Shown: positions 8,616-19,298, counted from the first letter of the stretch. The stretch: 64,000 nt of DNA from Myxococcota bacterium (GCA_034005005.1 JAVEVO010000010.1:467-64466), one strand, 5' to 3'. Notes: a model not told the origin generated them from the letters alone. Translations and numbers: made by a program.

Positions 8616-9190
8616 GCCTCTCCTCGTGCGGCGATCCACCCGTGCCGGCGACTCCAGGAGGACTCGGATGGTCTCGATGGAGGCGGGTGATGCGCCGGGG
8701 CGGTGTTCCGGCTCGCCGGCAGCCACCGGGGTCACGCGCACTCCGAGCGTGTGTGCCTCAGAGCTGCCCTCGGGAGCACCCCGGAGTTGCTCGAACTCTA
8801 CCATGGCCCGGGCCTGGTCGTCATCGTCGTGGACCGGCCAGGTCGGCACCGTGCACCTTCCTGCCTGCGGCCCCCGTGATGTCTCCAGCAACTTTGCCGC
8901 TGGACCGTGGCGTCGCGCTCGACCCCGTGGCCATCGAGGCCTCGGGCCGCGTCGTGTCGAATCCTTCGAATGGCCGGCGACCCGCCCTGCACAGTTTCGT
9001 GCGGATCCCCCTCTCCTCTGTTGGCCCCCCAACTCCCCCCAGGCACCCCGTAGAACCCCCAGGGACCCGGTCGTTGGCAAGCACAACGTGCTGATTTCCT
9101 TTGTTTCTCGACTACCTATGATCCATTCCGTTCGCGCTTAAAATCCTCCGCCGCAAGGCATGCGGGTTCGAGTCCCGCTCCGGGTACCGC
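6242..9190. repeat. Copy 2 of the ~2.95-kb direct duplication
   Basis: See copy 1. Contains a diverged 24-nt patch (9111-9134 vs 2867-2890) and scattered indels in the last 250 bp. Confidence 0.9.
9162..9188 (+). other. tRNA-like T-arm/acceptor fragment, second copy (identical to 2919-2945)
   Basis: Same 27-nt sequence. Repeat identity ends at 9190. Confidence 0.4.
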
Positions 9191-9341
9191 CGACCTCTAC
9201 ACGGGCGCCACACGCGAGGGCAGACGTCCTGGCGTCGGCCCGCTATACTCTCCCTCCGGCCCCGACGGCTCGCGGGCCCCTGAGCGGGCTCGCGAGTAGT
9301 TCGAACGTCAGGGAAGAGTGTTCTCGTCCAGGAGGAAGGTC

Positions 9342-11420
9342 ATGATCCGAAGATTCGTGCTGGGCGCGGTGACGTCCGCCTCGCTGCTGCTGCTCGCCTG
9401 CAATCCGGCGGCCCCGCCGCCACCCGCCCCGACCACCGGGAGCACCCCGCCGGCCGTCACCCCGGCTGCGCCCAGCGCGCCCACCGCGGCCCCGACGCCC
9501 ACCGCGGCCCCGGCCCCGGCGTACGATCGGATCGAGCGGCTGCGCCTCAACCAGCTCGCCATCCGGCTGAACCTGCCCCTGTACTGGGTGCAGGACACGG
9601 ACGGGGACCGGGCGGTCGATCCCGCCGAGGTGGTGACCCTGCGCTTCTACCCCCGTGCTCCCCAGTGGACCGTGGGCGACCAGTTCACCCCCGCCTTCGC
9701 GGAGGCCTACGCGCAGCTCGTCGCGGCCGACGCCGCGCCCGCCGCCGCCGCCGACCTGCCCCCCGCGGAGCAGGAGCGGCGCCGGCTGGTGGTCGAGGAG
9801 CTCGACCAGGGCCGCCCGGCCCTGGTGCGCAACGACCTGCGTGGGCTGTCGGCCGATGAGCAGAAGATGGTCCGCCTCCTGCTCGATGCAGGGGACCTCA
9901 TCGACCAGCTCTACGCCCGGTCCACGGGCAGTCCCGCCCTCGCGGCCCAGGTGCCTGCCGACGACCTCGCCAGCCAGAGCCTCTTCCGGCGCAACTGGGG
10001 CCCGGGCTGCGTCTTTCCCAAGACCGAGGCCAACCCGGCCTGCAGCGCCATCCCGGGCGCGCCGAAGCCCAAGGTCGACGTCTACCCGGCCACGCTGGTC
10101 GACGACCGGGGCGCGTTCTGCAAGACTCTGGAAGCTCACCCCGACGCCAAGGCCCTGCTCTCGCCCTTCACGGTGGTGCGCCAGGTCGGTGAGCAGCTTC
10201 AGGCGGTGCCCTACACCGAGGCCTACGCCGAGCTCATGCAGGGAGTCGCGGCGAAGCTGCGCGAGGCCGCCGCGGCCGTGACCAGCCCGGACGAGGCCGC
10301 CTTGCAGGCCTATCTGCTCGCCACGGCCCAGGCCTTCACCGACAACCGCTGGGAGCCCGCAGACGAGGCCTGGGCCAAGATGAACGCGGTCAACTCCAAG
10401 TGGTACCTGCGGATCGGCCCCGACGAGACCTACTGGGAGCCGTGCAACCAGAAGGCCGGCTTCCACATGACCCTCGCCCGGATCAACAAGGACTCCCTCG
10501 GCTGGCAGCAGAAGCTGACCCCCTTGCAGCAGGAGATGGAGCAGCGCCTGGCTGCCCGGGCCGGCAAGCCCTACCAGGCCCGTGTGGTGACCTTCCACCT
10601 CCCCGATTTCATCGACATCGTCGTGAACTGCGGCGACGACCGCGACCCCATGGGCGCGACCATCGGTCAGAGCCTACCCAATTGGGGCCCAGTGGCCAAC
10701 GAGGGCCGCGGTCGCACGGTGGCCATGACCAACCTCTACACCGACCCGGACAGCCGGGCCGAGCGGCGGCGACAGGCCGAGAGCCTGCTGGCCGCGGCCG
10801 GGATGGAGAATTACGGCGGCGGGGACATGCCCGGTCTGCTCAACACGATCCTCCACGAGGCCACCCACAACTTCGGGCCCAGCCACGAGTACAAGGTCCA
10901 GGGCAAGACCGACGATCAGGTCTTCGGCGGGTCTCTGGCCACCTTGATGGAGGAGCTCAAGGCCCAGACCGGCGCGCTCTGGTACATCGCCTTCCTCGCC
11001 GAGAAGGGCGTGCTGACCCCGGCCGAGGCTCGCCAGACCTACACCGACGCGTTCCTGTGGAGCTTGGGGCACATCTCCCGGGGGATGTACACCGAGAGCG
11101 GGCAGCGCAAGCCGTACAGCCAGCTCTCTGCGATCCAGGTCGGCTTCCTCCTCGACAAGGGCGCGATCCGCTTCGATCCGGCCGTGAAGGCCGCCAACGG
11201 TACGGACGAGGGGGCCTTCGTGCTCGAACACGACAAGCTGCCCGCGGCCATCGACGAGCTGATGGGGCAGGTCGCCGGGATCAAGGCCCGGGGCGACAAG
11301 GCGGCAGCCGAGGCCCTGGCTGCCAAGTACGTCGATGGGAGCGTGGTCCCGGTCGCCCTGATCGGCGCGCGCCTCCTGCGCTACCCCAAGGTCAACTTCG
11401 TCTACAGCCTCGATCTCTGA
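9342..11420 (+). CDS. Lipoprotein, putative zinc metallopeptidase (HExxH)
   Basis: AGGAGG RBS. Signal plus lipobox LLLAC. HEATH motif in LNTILHEATHNFGPSHEY. 692 aa. Confidence 0.8.
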   Translation: MIRRFVLGAVTSASLLLLACNPAAPPPPAPTTGSTPPAVTPAAPSAPTAAPTPTAAPAPAYDRIERLRLNQLAIRLNLPLYWVQDTDGDRAVDPAEVVTLRFYPRAPQWTVGDQFTPAFAEAYAQLVAADAAPAAAADLPPAEQERRRLVVEELDQGRPALVRNDLRGLSADEQKMVRLLLDAGDLIDQLYARSTGSPALAAQVPADDLASQSLFRRNWGPGCVFPKTEANPACSAIPGAPKPKVDVYPATLVDDRGAFCKTLEAHPDAKALLSPFTVVRQVGEQLQAVPYTEAYAELMQGVAAKLREAAAAVTSPDEAALQAYLLATAQAFTDNRWEPADEAWAKMNAVNSKWYLRIGPDETYWEPCNQKAGFHMTLARINKDSLGWQQKLTPLQQEMEQRLAARAGKPYQARVVTFHLPDFIDIVVNCGDDRDPMGATIGQSLPNWGPVANEGRGRTVAMTNLYTDPDSRAERRRQAESLLAAAGMENYGGGDMPGLLNTILHEATHNFGPSHEYKVQGKTDDQVFGGSLATLMEELKAQTGALWYIAFLAEKGVLTPAEARQTYTDAFLWSLGHISRGMYTESGQRKPYSQLSAIQVGFLLDKGAIRFDPAVKAANGTDEGAFVLEHDKLPAAIDELMGQVAGIKARGDKAAAEALAAKYVDGSVVPVALIGARLLRYPKVNFVYSLDL

Positions 11421-11872
11421 CGCCGGGGGAGCGCCAAGCCGCTCGCGACCAGACCCCGAACGGGTCGGCGTCACGACACAGACCTCGCAGCAACGCTCGG
11501 TGAGGCTCCGCGATCTCCGGGGCCAACGCCCCTTCCTCCTCCTCTCCGGATGGCTGCCGGTCGGACCCGTCGCCAGACCAGGCGGTTCGATCCCTTCAGT
11601 CCAGCAGCCAGGAGGCGTCGGTCCCGCCTCCGACACCCCCTCACATTTCTGAGGGCCTCCCCGTCCTGGAGGCTGCTGCGTCCCGGTGTCCTCTCGCCGC
11701 GAGATCCCCGATCCCTGGCCAGAATCGGGCACATCTCACCCCGCCTCGGCGCTCCTCGTCCGGTGTGGTGGGCGTTGGCCCGGGAGATGCAATCCCCCTC
11801 GCTGCCCGGGCTGCCGGCAGGCTGGCATCCGCGTTGCCGCCGGGCGGCAGCCGCAGGCCAGGGAGGTTGGCG

Positions 11873-13393
11873 ATGGACGCTGGGAACCAGAGCCGTCCAC
11901 GATCGGGGAGGGGAACTGTGGCGAGCAGCCGGCGTGCCTTTCCGCGCACCCGGCAGGTCGGCCGGCGGGCCCTCGGGCTGCTGCTGGCCCTGTCGCTGTT
12001 CGGGTCTGGCGCGGCGGCCGGTGCCTGGCCCAAGGCCGAGGCGCCAGAAGCCCCGGAAGCCCCGGAGGCCCCCGCGGCGCGCTCCTCCCGGCCAGCTCCC
12101 GCGGCGGCGCGCTCGCTCCCGGCCCCTTCCGCGGCCCCCTTCGTCCCCACGGTCCCTCCCGCGGCCCCCTTCGTCCCCGCGGTCCCTCCCGCGGCCCCCG
12201 CCGTCCCCACGGCCCCCGTTGCCCTCGCCGCCCCCCTGGCCCCTCCCGCGCCGCCCACCACCGTCGGCCTCTCCCTGGAGATCGAGGAGCCCGCCGGCGT
12301 CCACCGGCCACGGGGCTCCCTGCTCGGCCCCGACGCGCTCGCGGGGTTCGTCGCCGCGGACCTCGCGCAGCCGTTGACGGTCAGTCGCCCGCTGCCCCCG
12401 GCGCCCGATCTGCCCCCCGACCGGGGGCGGCGGCTCGGGGGGCACCTCTTCCTCCCGTCGGAGCAGGTCCCCGGCCCCTTCGTCCTCACGGGCTTCGGCT
12501 CCCGGACCGGCGCGGCGCTCCAATCTCTGAGCTATGCGCAGGGCGACGGCACCCCCGGCGACCTCTCGGCGTTCTCCCTGTCGCAGGGCTTCGCGCTCGG
12601 TCTCGCCCTGCTCCCGCGCTGGGGGGTGGAGTTCGCCGGAGGCGGTGGCTTCTTCTCGGCGCAGGACAGCGCCGCGGCCTTCCAGAGCGGTCTCGAGGGC
12701 AGCTACCAGCTCGAGGGTTCGACCCGGCTGGTGGTCCTGGACGGCAGGCGGCTGCGCGTCGCCCTGCAGGCCTGGGTCGGTGGGGGTAAGGACTACGCGG
12801 TGGACATCGGCCCGGCGCTGAACGACGTCGAGCAAGCCACCCACGAAGAGGTCCAGCGCCTGCTCGAGGAGATCCGCGCCGGCCGGCTGGACGTGAACTC
12901 CCCGACGGTGCGGGAGCAGCTTCGCCAGCGGCTCATGGCGCCCGTGAACGAGGGGCTCCAGGAGCGCGACCTGCTCGTCAGCCGCCAGCACCGCGTCCTC
13001 GGCGGTGGCCTGCAACTGGCAGCGGCCCCGGCCCGTCTCCTCGGCCTGGTCGGCAGCCTCGACCTCGCCCACCTCCGGCAGGAGTGCGAGCCGGCAGACT
13101 CCCGGGATACCCCGACAGAGCTCAGCGGGGCGCAGCTTCGGGCCGGGCTGCTGCTCAGCCTCGATCTGCAGCCCGTGTCGCCCCTGCCCCTCGGGCTGTC
13201 GTTGCTGTATCAACACCGCCGACTGCTGCAGGGAGAAGCAGGGGCCGGGAGCTCCCGCTCCGGCGACACCTGGGGCGGCGGTCTCGCCTACACCGGCCGG
13301 GAGAACCTCGGCCTGGGGCTGGAGACCACCGCCTTGCTCGAAGAGGGCTCCTCGTCGCTGAACGGGACCCTGCGTCTTTGGTACTACTGGTAG
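11873..13393 (+). CDS. Secreted protein with Pro/Ala-rich repeats (PEAPEAPEAP, AAPFVP) and an outer-membrane beta-barrel-like C-terminus ending LRLWYYW
   Basis: GGGAGG RBS before the ATG. Signal peptide. C-terminal aromatic residue. The antisense 676-aa ORF 11471..13501 is low-complexity artefact. Confidence 0.55.
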   Translation: MDAGNQSRPRSGRGTVASSRRAFPRTRQVGRRALGLLLALSLFGSGAAAGAWPKAEAPEAPEAPEAPAARSSRPAPAAARSLPAPSAAPFVPTVPPAAPFVPAVPPAAPAVPTAPVALAAPLAPPAPPTTVGLSLEIEEPAGVHRPRGSLLGPDALAGFVAADLAQPLTVSRPLPPAPDLPPDRGRRLGGHLFLPSEQVPGPFVLTGFGSRTGAALQSLSYAQGDGTPGDLSAFSLSQGFALGLALLPRWGVEFAGGGGFFSAQDSAAAFQSGLEGSYQLEGSTRLVVLDGRRLRVALQAWVGGGKDYAVDIGPALNDVEQATHEEVQRLLEEIRAGRLDVNSPTVREQLRQRLMAPVNEGLQERDLLVSRQHRVLGGGLQLAAAPARLLGLVGSLDLAHLRQECEPADSRDTPTELSGAQLRAGLLLSLDLQPVSPLPLGLSLLYQHRRLLQGEAGAGSSRSGDTWGGGLAYTGRENLGLGLETTALLEEGSSSLNGTLRLWYYW

Positions 13394-13394
13394 C

Positions 13395-15899
13395 TCAGAC
13401 CCTGGCCAGCAGCTCCCGGACCTCCTCGATCCGGTAGGGCTTGGCCAGGATGCCGGCGAGCCCGTATCGCTGGTGCTCGGCGAGCACGGGGGCGTTGGCA
13501 TACCCGCTGGAGACGACGACCGGCACCGTGGGATCGAGCTGCCGCAGCTCCTCCAGGCACTCCAGCCCGCCCATCCCGCCAGGCACGGTCAGATCGAGGA
13601 TCACCAGCTCGAACGGCCGCTGTCCGGCGCGTGCCTCCTGGAGGAGCCGCAGGGCCTCCCGGCCCTCCCGGGCGCAGGCCACCTCCTGGCCGAGGAGCGT
13701 CAGGATCTGCTCGGCGACGCTCCGCACCCCCTCGTCGTCGTCCATGACCAGGATCCGTCGCTGGCGGGGTGGCTGCACGGGGCTGCTCGCCGGCGCGGGG
13801 GGGGCGAGGGGGAGCGCCGACGCGGGCAAAGCGACGTGGAAAGAGGTGCCGCGGCCGGGCGTCGACTCGACGCTGATCCGGCCGGCGTGCTTGCGGACGA
13901 TGGAGTAGCAGACCGCGAGCCCCAGACCGCTGCCCCCTTCCTTCGTCGTGAAGTAGGGATCGAAGATCCGGGCCTGGTCCTCCGGGGGGATGCCGCAGCC
14001 CCGGTCGCGGACCGTGAGGCGGACGTAGCGGCCCGGGGGGAGGGGGTCCAGGGGCGGTGGGTGGTGCTCGAGGTTGGCCGCGAGGATGCTCACCAGGCCG
14101 CCACCGGCCATGGCCTGGGACGCGTTGATGACCAGGTTCTGGACGACCTGGCCGATCTGGCTGCGGTCCATCTCCACGGGCCAGAGGTCGGCGGGGAGCT
14201 GGAGCTCCAGGGCCGTCTCCGAGCCCCGCAGGCTGAAGACCGCGGCCTCCTGGACCAGATCGGCCAGGGAGGCGACGAGCCGCACCGGCGCACCGCCCCG
14301 GGCGAAGGTCAATAGCTGCTGGGTCAGCTCGCGCGCCCGCATGGCCGCCCGCTCCGTCTCACCGAGGAGCCGCTGGAGCTCCGGGTCGGCCCCGGCGCGG
14401 CGCCGGGCGAGGGAGGCGTGACCCGTGATGCCCGTGAGGATGTTGTTGAAATCGTGGGCGATTCCGCCAGCGAGCAGCCCGACGGACTCCAGGCGCTCCG
14501 CTCGCTGGATCTCGGCCTCGCGGGCTCGTTGCGCGGTGACGTCGCGGAAGCTGCCCAGCAGGAGACGCTCGCCCCCGATGGTCACCGGCGAGGCGAGGAT
14601 GTCCGCGTAGAAGACGGCGCCGTCGCGGCGGCAGACCGGGACGTCGGTGCTCAGGGGCTGATCGCCGCTGATCTGGCGGGCGAAGTTCTCGAGGACCTGG
14701 GGGAGGTCCTCCGGCGGGTGGATGTCGTCGACGCGCAGGGTCGGCAAGTCCTCCATGCTGCAACCCAGCAGCTCGCACATCCGCCGGTTGCCCGAGTGGA
14801 ACCGGCGCGTCCCGGCGTAAGCCAGCAAGAACCCGTCCTGGGCGTTGTCGAAGACGATGCGCAGCATCGCGGCGGTGGAGCGGAGCTGCTCCTCGGCCTG
14901 CCGCCGCTCCGAGAGGTCCCGCACGATGGCCCAGTGGCCCGAGGTGCTGCCATCGGGCCCCAGGGCCCGGTAGACCGTCGTCTCCACGGGGAAGACCGTG
15001 CCGTCCCGGCGCACCAGCTCCTTCTCGAAGGGGGCAGCGCGCCCGTGACGATGTAGCTGCTCGCGCAGGGTCGCCCGCTCCAGCTCGTGCCAGCGAGGTG
15101 GCGTGATCTCCCAGAACGTCAGCCGGACGAGCTCCTCCTCGTCGTAGCCGAGCATCCGTCGCAGGGCGTGGTTGGAGCCCCGGAAGCGGCCGTGGAGATC
15201 GACGTCGCAGACGCCGTCCTGGAGGCTCTCGAGCAGGTCTTTGTAGCGGGCCTCGATCTTGATCCGGGCGAGCGCACCGCCGATCTGGGAGACGATCGCC
15301 TCGAGGGCCCGACGCGAGTCGGCCGGGATCGACTCGTGGGTGTGGGAGGCGACGTTCAGGCTGCCGATCAGCTCGCCCTGGTGGAGGACCGGCAGGGAGC
15401 AGAAGGCCCGGAGCCCTTCGACAAAATAGGGCAACTCGGGCTTGGCCCTGACGAGGGCCTGGAGCTCGGAGAAGTGGATGTAGACCGGCTCCCCCTGCAT
15501 CACGATCCGGCCGTTCTTGCTGTCCAGGGGGTAGCGGGTGGTCGCGGCGACGAACGCCGCGGACAGCCCCCGCTGCTGGGCGAGCCGCAGCTCCTTCGCG
15601 CGGCGGTCGATGAGGTAGACCCCGCCGCAATCGATCCCCTCCGTGGCGCAGGCCGCGGCCAGCACCGCCCTCAGGGAGCCGTCGAGGTCCGCGGAGCTGC
15701 CCAGCTCGATGGCCAGGTCCCGCTGGATCCGCAGCAGGCGCTCCGAGCTCTCCTCGGTCGACTCCGGCCCAGCGTCCGAGGGTTCGGCAGCGCCTGGCGA
15801 GCTGGGTTGCACGGACTCGACTCCCGCTGCCGCGCGGCCCCACATTGCCAACAAGGCACGAGGGCGATGGCGACAGATTTTGACCGAGCATACGCCCAT
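13395..15899 (-). CDS. Hybrid sensor histidine kinase: GAF - PAS - PAS - HisKA - HATPase_c - receiver
   Basis: H-box HDFNNILTGITG. Gly-rich ATP lid. C-terminal REC (ILVMDDDEG...DLTVPGGMGG). Start may be the second Met at 15845. Confidence 0.9.
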   Translation of the reverse strand: MGVCSVKICRHRPRALLAMWGRAAAGVESVQPSSPGAAEPSDAGPESTEESSERLLRIQRDLAIELGSSADLDGSLRAVLAAACATEGIDCGGVYLIDRRAKELRLAQQRGLSAAFVAATTRYPLDSKNGRIVMQGEPVYIHFSELQALVRAKPELPYFVEGLRAFCSLPVLHQGELIGSLNVASHTHESIPADSRRALEAIVSQIGGALARIKIEARYKDLLESLQDGVCDVDLHGRFRGSNHALRRMLGYDEEELVRLTFWEITPPRWHELERATLREQLHRHGRAAPFEKELVRRDGTVFPVETTVYRALGPDGSTSGHWAIVRDLSERRQAEEQLRSTAAMLRIVFDNAQDGFLLAYAGTRRFHSGNRRMCELLGCSMEDLPTLRVDDIHPPEDLPQVLENFARQISGDQPLSTDVPVCRRDGAVFYADILASPVTIGGERLLLGSFRDVTAQRAREAEIQRAERLESVGLLAGGIAHDFNNILTGITGHASLARRRAGADPELQRLLGETERAAMRARELTQQLLTFARGGAPVRLVASLADLVQEAAVFSLRGSETALELQLPADLWPVEMDRSQIGQVVQNLVINASQAMAGGGLVSILAANLEHHPPPLDPLPPGRYVRLTVRDRGCGIPPEDQARIFDPYFTTKEGGSGLGLAVCYSIVRKHAGRISVESTPGRGTSFHVALPASALPLAPPAPASSPVQPPRQRRILVMDDDEGVRSVAEQILTLLGQEVACAREGREALRLLQEARAGQRPFELVILDLTVPGGMGGLECLEELRQLDPTVPVVVSSGYANAPVLAEHQRYGLAGILAKPYRIEEVRELLARV

Positions 15900-15991
15900 C
15901 CGCGGCTCGAGCCAAGACCCCGACTGACGGCGCCGGCCGATTTCGCTACACTGGAGACCCGCGGTCCCGGGGAGTGGCCGAGGAGGCGACG

Positions 15992-17698
15992 ATGACGGCG
16001 AGCACGACGGTCCTCTGGCGCCGAGCCTTCCCGGCGTTGCTGCTGCCCTTGCTCGGGAACCTCTCCTGCCTCGGGGGGGACGATGAGGCGACCCTCACCG
16101 AGACCGGCGGACACGCGGACGCCGACGCCGGGGGAGGGGAGGGGCCGGCCGATGTGGGGGACCAGGTCGGAAAGGACCAGGGCGAGCAGCGGAGGGACCA
16201 GGGCGAGCTGGAGCCGGATCTCTCCGAGGATCCTCGCGATCTCGGCGGAGGTGGCGTCGATCTCGCCATGGACACGGGCCCCCCTGCCGACACCGACCCC
16301 CCGGCCGACTCGGGCTCCACCACCGACCTCGGCGGGGAGGTGGATTCGGGCGAGCCCTTCCTCGACGAGGACGGGGACCAGGTCCCCGACTGGCGCGACA
16401 ACTGTCCGACGACCGCCAACCCTGACCAGCTCGACGGCGACGGCGACCGGGTCGGCGACCTCTGCGCGCTCCAGGACGGCACGCCCGAGCATCCCCTGCT
16501 CCTCCCCCTCGCGCCGGCGACCCCCTCGTTCGTCGACGTCCGCAACACGTCGGCCGCCCCGTCGGATCGCTTCGACCGCTATCCGGGGGCCGACCAGGAC
16601 GAGTCGGGGCCCGAGTACGTCTACCGCCTGACCGCGGTCCAGCCGACGCGCCTCGTCGCGGTGCTGACCCGTCCCGAGCCGGCCGGGGTCGACGTCGACC
16701 TGCACCTGCTCTCCTCCCTGGATCCGCCGGTCCTCCTCGCTCGCAGTGACTCCCGGCTCACCTACCTGCTGCAACCTGGTACTTATTATCTGATCGCCGA
16801 CAGCTATGCTGGACGGGTTGGTCGCTACGAGCTACGCGTCGGCTCCCGGGTCGCGCCGGCGGGAGGCGAGCCGCTCTTCGACGAGTGGATCCTCGCGGCC
16901 GTGGACCATCTGGCCACCCACTGGCGGCTGCTCGGCTATGCCGACGAGGCGCTCACCCACGACCTGCCGTACGGTGACCTCGGCGTCGTCTCCGCGAGCG
17001 CGCCGCCCCATACCATGTGCGTGGCCGCGGTGCTCGAGGTGATCCTCACCGCGTTCGACCTGTACGCGCAGCAGACGGGCGACTCCACGATCTTCGACCA
17101 TCTGCCCCTCCGGAGCTGGCAGCGGCTGGGGACCAACGACATCCGGGCCCACATCTGGGTGAACTACGAGCTGAACTCCCTCGGCACGGCCGACGCCCTG
17201 TCGCAGTACGGGATCGGCGAGAACGTCCCCTTCGAGCTCCTCGCCCCGGGCGAGTTCGTCAACATCAACCGGACCACGGGCACGGGCCACGCGGTCGTCT
17301 TCCTCTCCTTCATCGACGAGGAGGGGAACGAGTACGACGTCTACAACGACCGGGTCATCGGCTTCCGGTACTTCTCCTCCCAGGGCGGCTACGCGGCCGG
17401 CGCGGGGGGCCTCGACTACCGCTATGCGATCTTCGCGACCGACGAGTACGAGGCCGGCGGCTACCCTCCCATGCCGTACAACCGGGACATCCACATCATC
17501 CGCAGCTCCAGCCAGCGGCTCCTCAACACCGGGCGGATGTTCGCCCGCAGCCACTGGGTCCCGGTGCCGGCCCCGGCGGGTGCGCCCGGCAAGGAGCCCG
17601 CAGGGGATCGCTACACCTTCGACAGCCGCACCTTCGACGGGGTCACCGTGGACGACGTGCCCGGCCCCGCGCTTGTCCTGGAGCAGGAAAACCGCTAG
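15992..17698 (+). CDS. Lipoprotein with thrombospondin type-3-like Ca-binding repeats (DxDxDG) and a pre-peptidase-C-terminal-like beta domain
   Basis: GAGGAGG RBS. Lipobox GNLSC. DEDGDQVPDWRDNCPTTANPDQLDGDGDRVGD. Confidence 0.75.
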   Translation: MTASTTVLWRRAFPALLLPLLGNLSCLGGDDEATLTETGGHADADAGGGEGPADVGDQVGKDQGEQRRDQGELEPDLSEDPRDLGGGGVDLAMDTGPPADTDPPADSGSTTDLGGEVDSGEPFLDEDGDQVPDWRDNCPTTANPDQLDGDGDRVGDLCALQDGTPEHPLLLPLAPATPSFVDVRNTSAAPSDRFDRYPGADQDESGPEYVYRLTAVQPTRLVAVLTRPEPAGVDVDLHLLSSLDPPVLLARSDSRLTYLLQPGTYYLIADSYAGRVGRYELRVGSRVAPAGGEPLFDEWILAAVDHLATHWRLLGYADEALTHDLPYGDLGVVSASAPPHTMCVAAVLEVILTAFDLYAQQTGDSTIFDHLPLRSWQRLGTNDIRAHIWVNYELNSLGTADALSQYGIGENVPFELLAPGEFVNINRTTGTGHAVVFLSFIDEEGNEYDVYNDRVIGFRYFSSQGGYAAGAGGLDYRYAIFATDEYEAGGYPPMPYNRDIHIIRSSSQRLLNTGRMFARSHWVPVPAPAGAPGKEPAGDRYTFDSRTFDGVTVDDVPGPALVLEQENR

Positions 17699-17756
17699 CG
17701 TCTGAGAGTTTGCATCAGGAGCTGGGCAGGGTGGCCCCGGGGCTCGAGGAGAGACG

Positions 17757-19298
17757 ATGACCACGATCCGCCGCACGTTGCTCGCCGGCCTGGGGCTGGC
17801 CCTCTTGCTGCCCGCGACCGCGCCGGCCCAGGTGGGACCGGCCTCGGCCAACCCGGCCCCGATGGCCCTCCCCGGCGCGGCTGCGCCGACGGTCGCCCCG
17901 GCCACGCCGGCTCCCGGCGCTCCCGGGGCGCCGGCGGCCGTGCCCGCCGAGGGGGTGGTCCCGAAGAACGAGGCCGGGACCGCGCCGGCCGACCCGGGCG
18001 CGGGGAAGCCCGTGGCCCGCACCAAGCGCCTGGTGCCCGACGACCCGAAGAAGGTCTACCTCTTCCTCGATCCGGTGAGCGTGCAGCCTCCCGAGGGGGA
18101 CCTGGGCGGGGACCTGGCTGCGGTGCTGACCCGCCTCGCCCGGGTCCGCATCAACCTGCTGGAGAGCGTGCGGCTGAAGACCTATCAGGAGATGCCCGAG
18201 GTCCCCGAGGTGATGGCCCGCTTCGGCGACCTCGAGAAGCTGGACCGGGTCTCCCTGATCGCGATCAAGAACCTCACGGGCTTCGACGGGCTGGTCCGCA
18301 TGACCTATGGCTACGAGGGGGACCAGGTCCACCTCCGGTTGACCTGCTTCGACTTCCGCAACGGCCAGATCGCGCGCAAGCGGGAGCTGACCGGACCCCT
18401 CGGCGCGGACCTGTTCAGCGTCGTCGAGGGGGACCTCACGGAGTTCGCCACCCTGGTGCGGCGCAGCTACCGGGTGACCCTCGAGGTGAAGTCCTCGCCG
18501 GAGGGGGCCACGGTCCGGGTGAACCAGCGCGTGGTGGGCAAGACGCCGCTCGTCCATGAGCTGCAGAGCGGGGAGTACACGATCAAGGTGGAGCAGGAAG
18601 GCTTCAAGCCCTTCGAGGAGCGCTACCAGCTCAGCGACTCCGACCGGCTGCACCTCGACGTGACGCTGTACAACCCGCTGGCGGCTCGTTTCCTCAATGC
18701 CGAGCCGGGCTTCCGCATCGACTCCCGGGAGCTGGACCTGGGCTACCAGTACGTCTTCCTCGACCTGGATCGCCCCGGCGTGACCGCGGTGCACTCGTAC
18801 ACCATGGCCTGGCTGCTGCGCTTCCTCGACTGGGACGTGGGCGTGAGCTGGGCGACGAGCCTCGGCACCGAGGGGGAGAACCGGCTGGACACGTTTCTGG
18901 GCGAGGAGGAAGGGCTGCAGCACTACGACATCAACCTGCAGCGCTTCCTGGCCGTCGTGAAGTACTCCTTGCTCGAGAAGTACTCCTTCGCCTCGCTGCG
19001 GCTCGGGGCCAGCGGCGGGATGGCCTATGCCTCCACCGACGACGGGGACCGTACCCTCACCCGGTGGACGCCGTCGGCCAGCCTCTTCCTCGAGCTGGTC
19101 TCCCAGCTCGTCCGGGGCGGCAACTTCAGCCTCGAGGCGCAGCTCGACCTCGGCGCGGCCTACCTGGGCCAGCTCCCCTACACCGAGCGGACCTTCAGCC
19201 TCTTCGGCGCGGCTCCGGCCGAGGAGCAGACCCGGGCCATGTTCGGGCCGATGGCCGCGATCGCCTTGCGCCTCGTGTTCTGGAACGGGATCTTCTGA
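17757..19298 (+). CDS. PEGA-domain outer-membrane protein
   Basis: GGAGAG RBS. Signal peptide. PEGA motif SSPEGATVRV...GKTP. C-terminus ends in F. Confidence 0.8.
   Translation: MTTIRRTLLAGLGLALLLPATAPAQVGPASANPAPMALPGAAAPTVAPATPAPGAPGAPAAVPAEGVVPKNEAGTAPADPGAGKPVARTKRLVPDDPKKVYLFLDPVSVQPPEGDLGGDLAAVLTRLARVRINLLESVRLKTYQEMPEVPEVMARFGDLEKLDRVSLIAIKNLTGFDGLVRMTYGYEGDQVHLRLTCFDFRNGQIARKRELTGPLGADLFSVVEGDLTEFATLVRRSYRVTLEVKSSPEGATVRVNQRVVGKTPLVHELQSGEYTIKVEQEGFKPFEERYQLSDSDRLHLDVTLYNPLAARFLNAEPGFRIDSRELDLGYQYVFLDLDRPGVTAVHSYTMAWLLRFLDWDVGVSWATSLGTEGENRLDTFLGEEEGLQHYDINLQRFLAVVKYSLLEKYSFASLRLGASGGMAYASTDDGDRTLTRWTPSASLFLELVSQLVRGGNFSLEAQLDLGAAYLGQLPYTERTFSLFGAAPAEEQTRAMFGPMAAIALRLVFWNGIF

Noticed and set aside
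8616-9086. 157-codon N-terminal extension of the SEC-C ORF (start at 9086)
   Set aside because: The extension is R/G-rich low-complexity without codon bias. A strong GGAGAGG RBS precedes the ATG at 8615 (2374 in copy 1), and the SEC-C motif then lies at the extreme N-terminus.
11471-13501. 676-aa minus-strand ORF
   Set aside because: Antisense to the secreted Pro/Ala-repeat protein; G/R/P-rich low-complexity translation.
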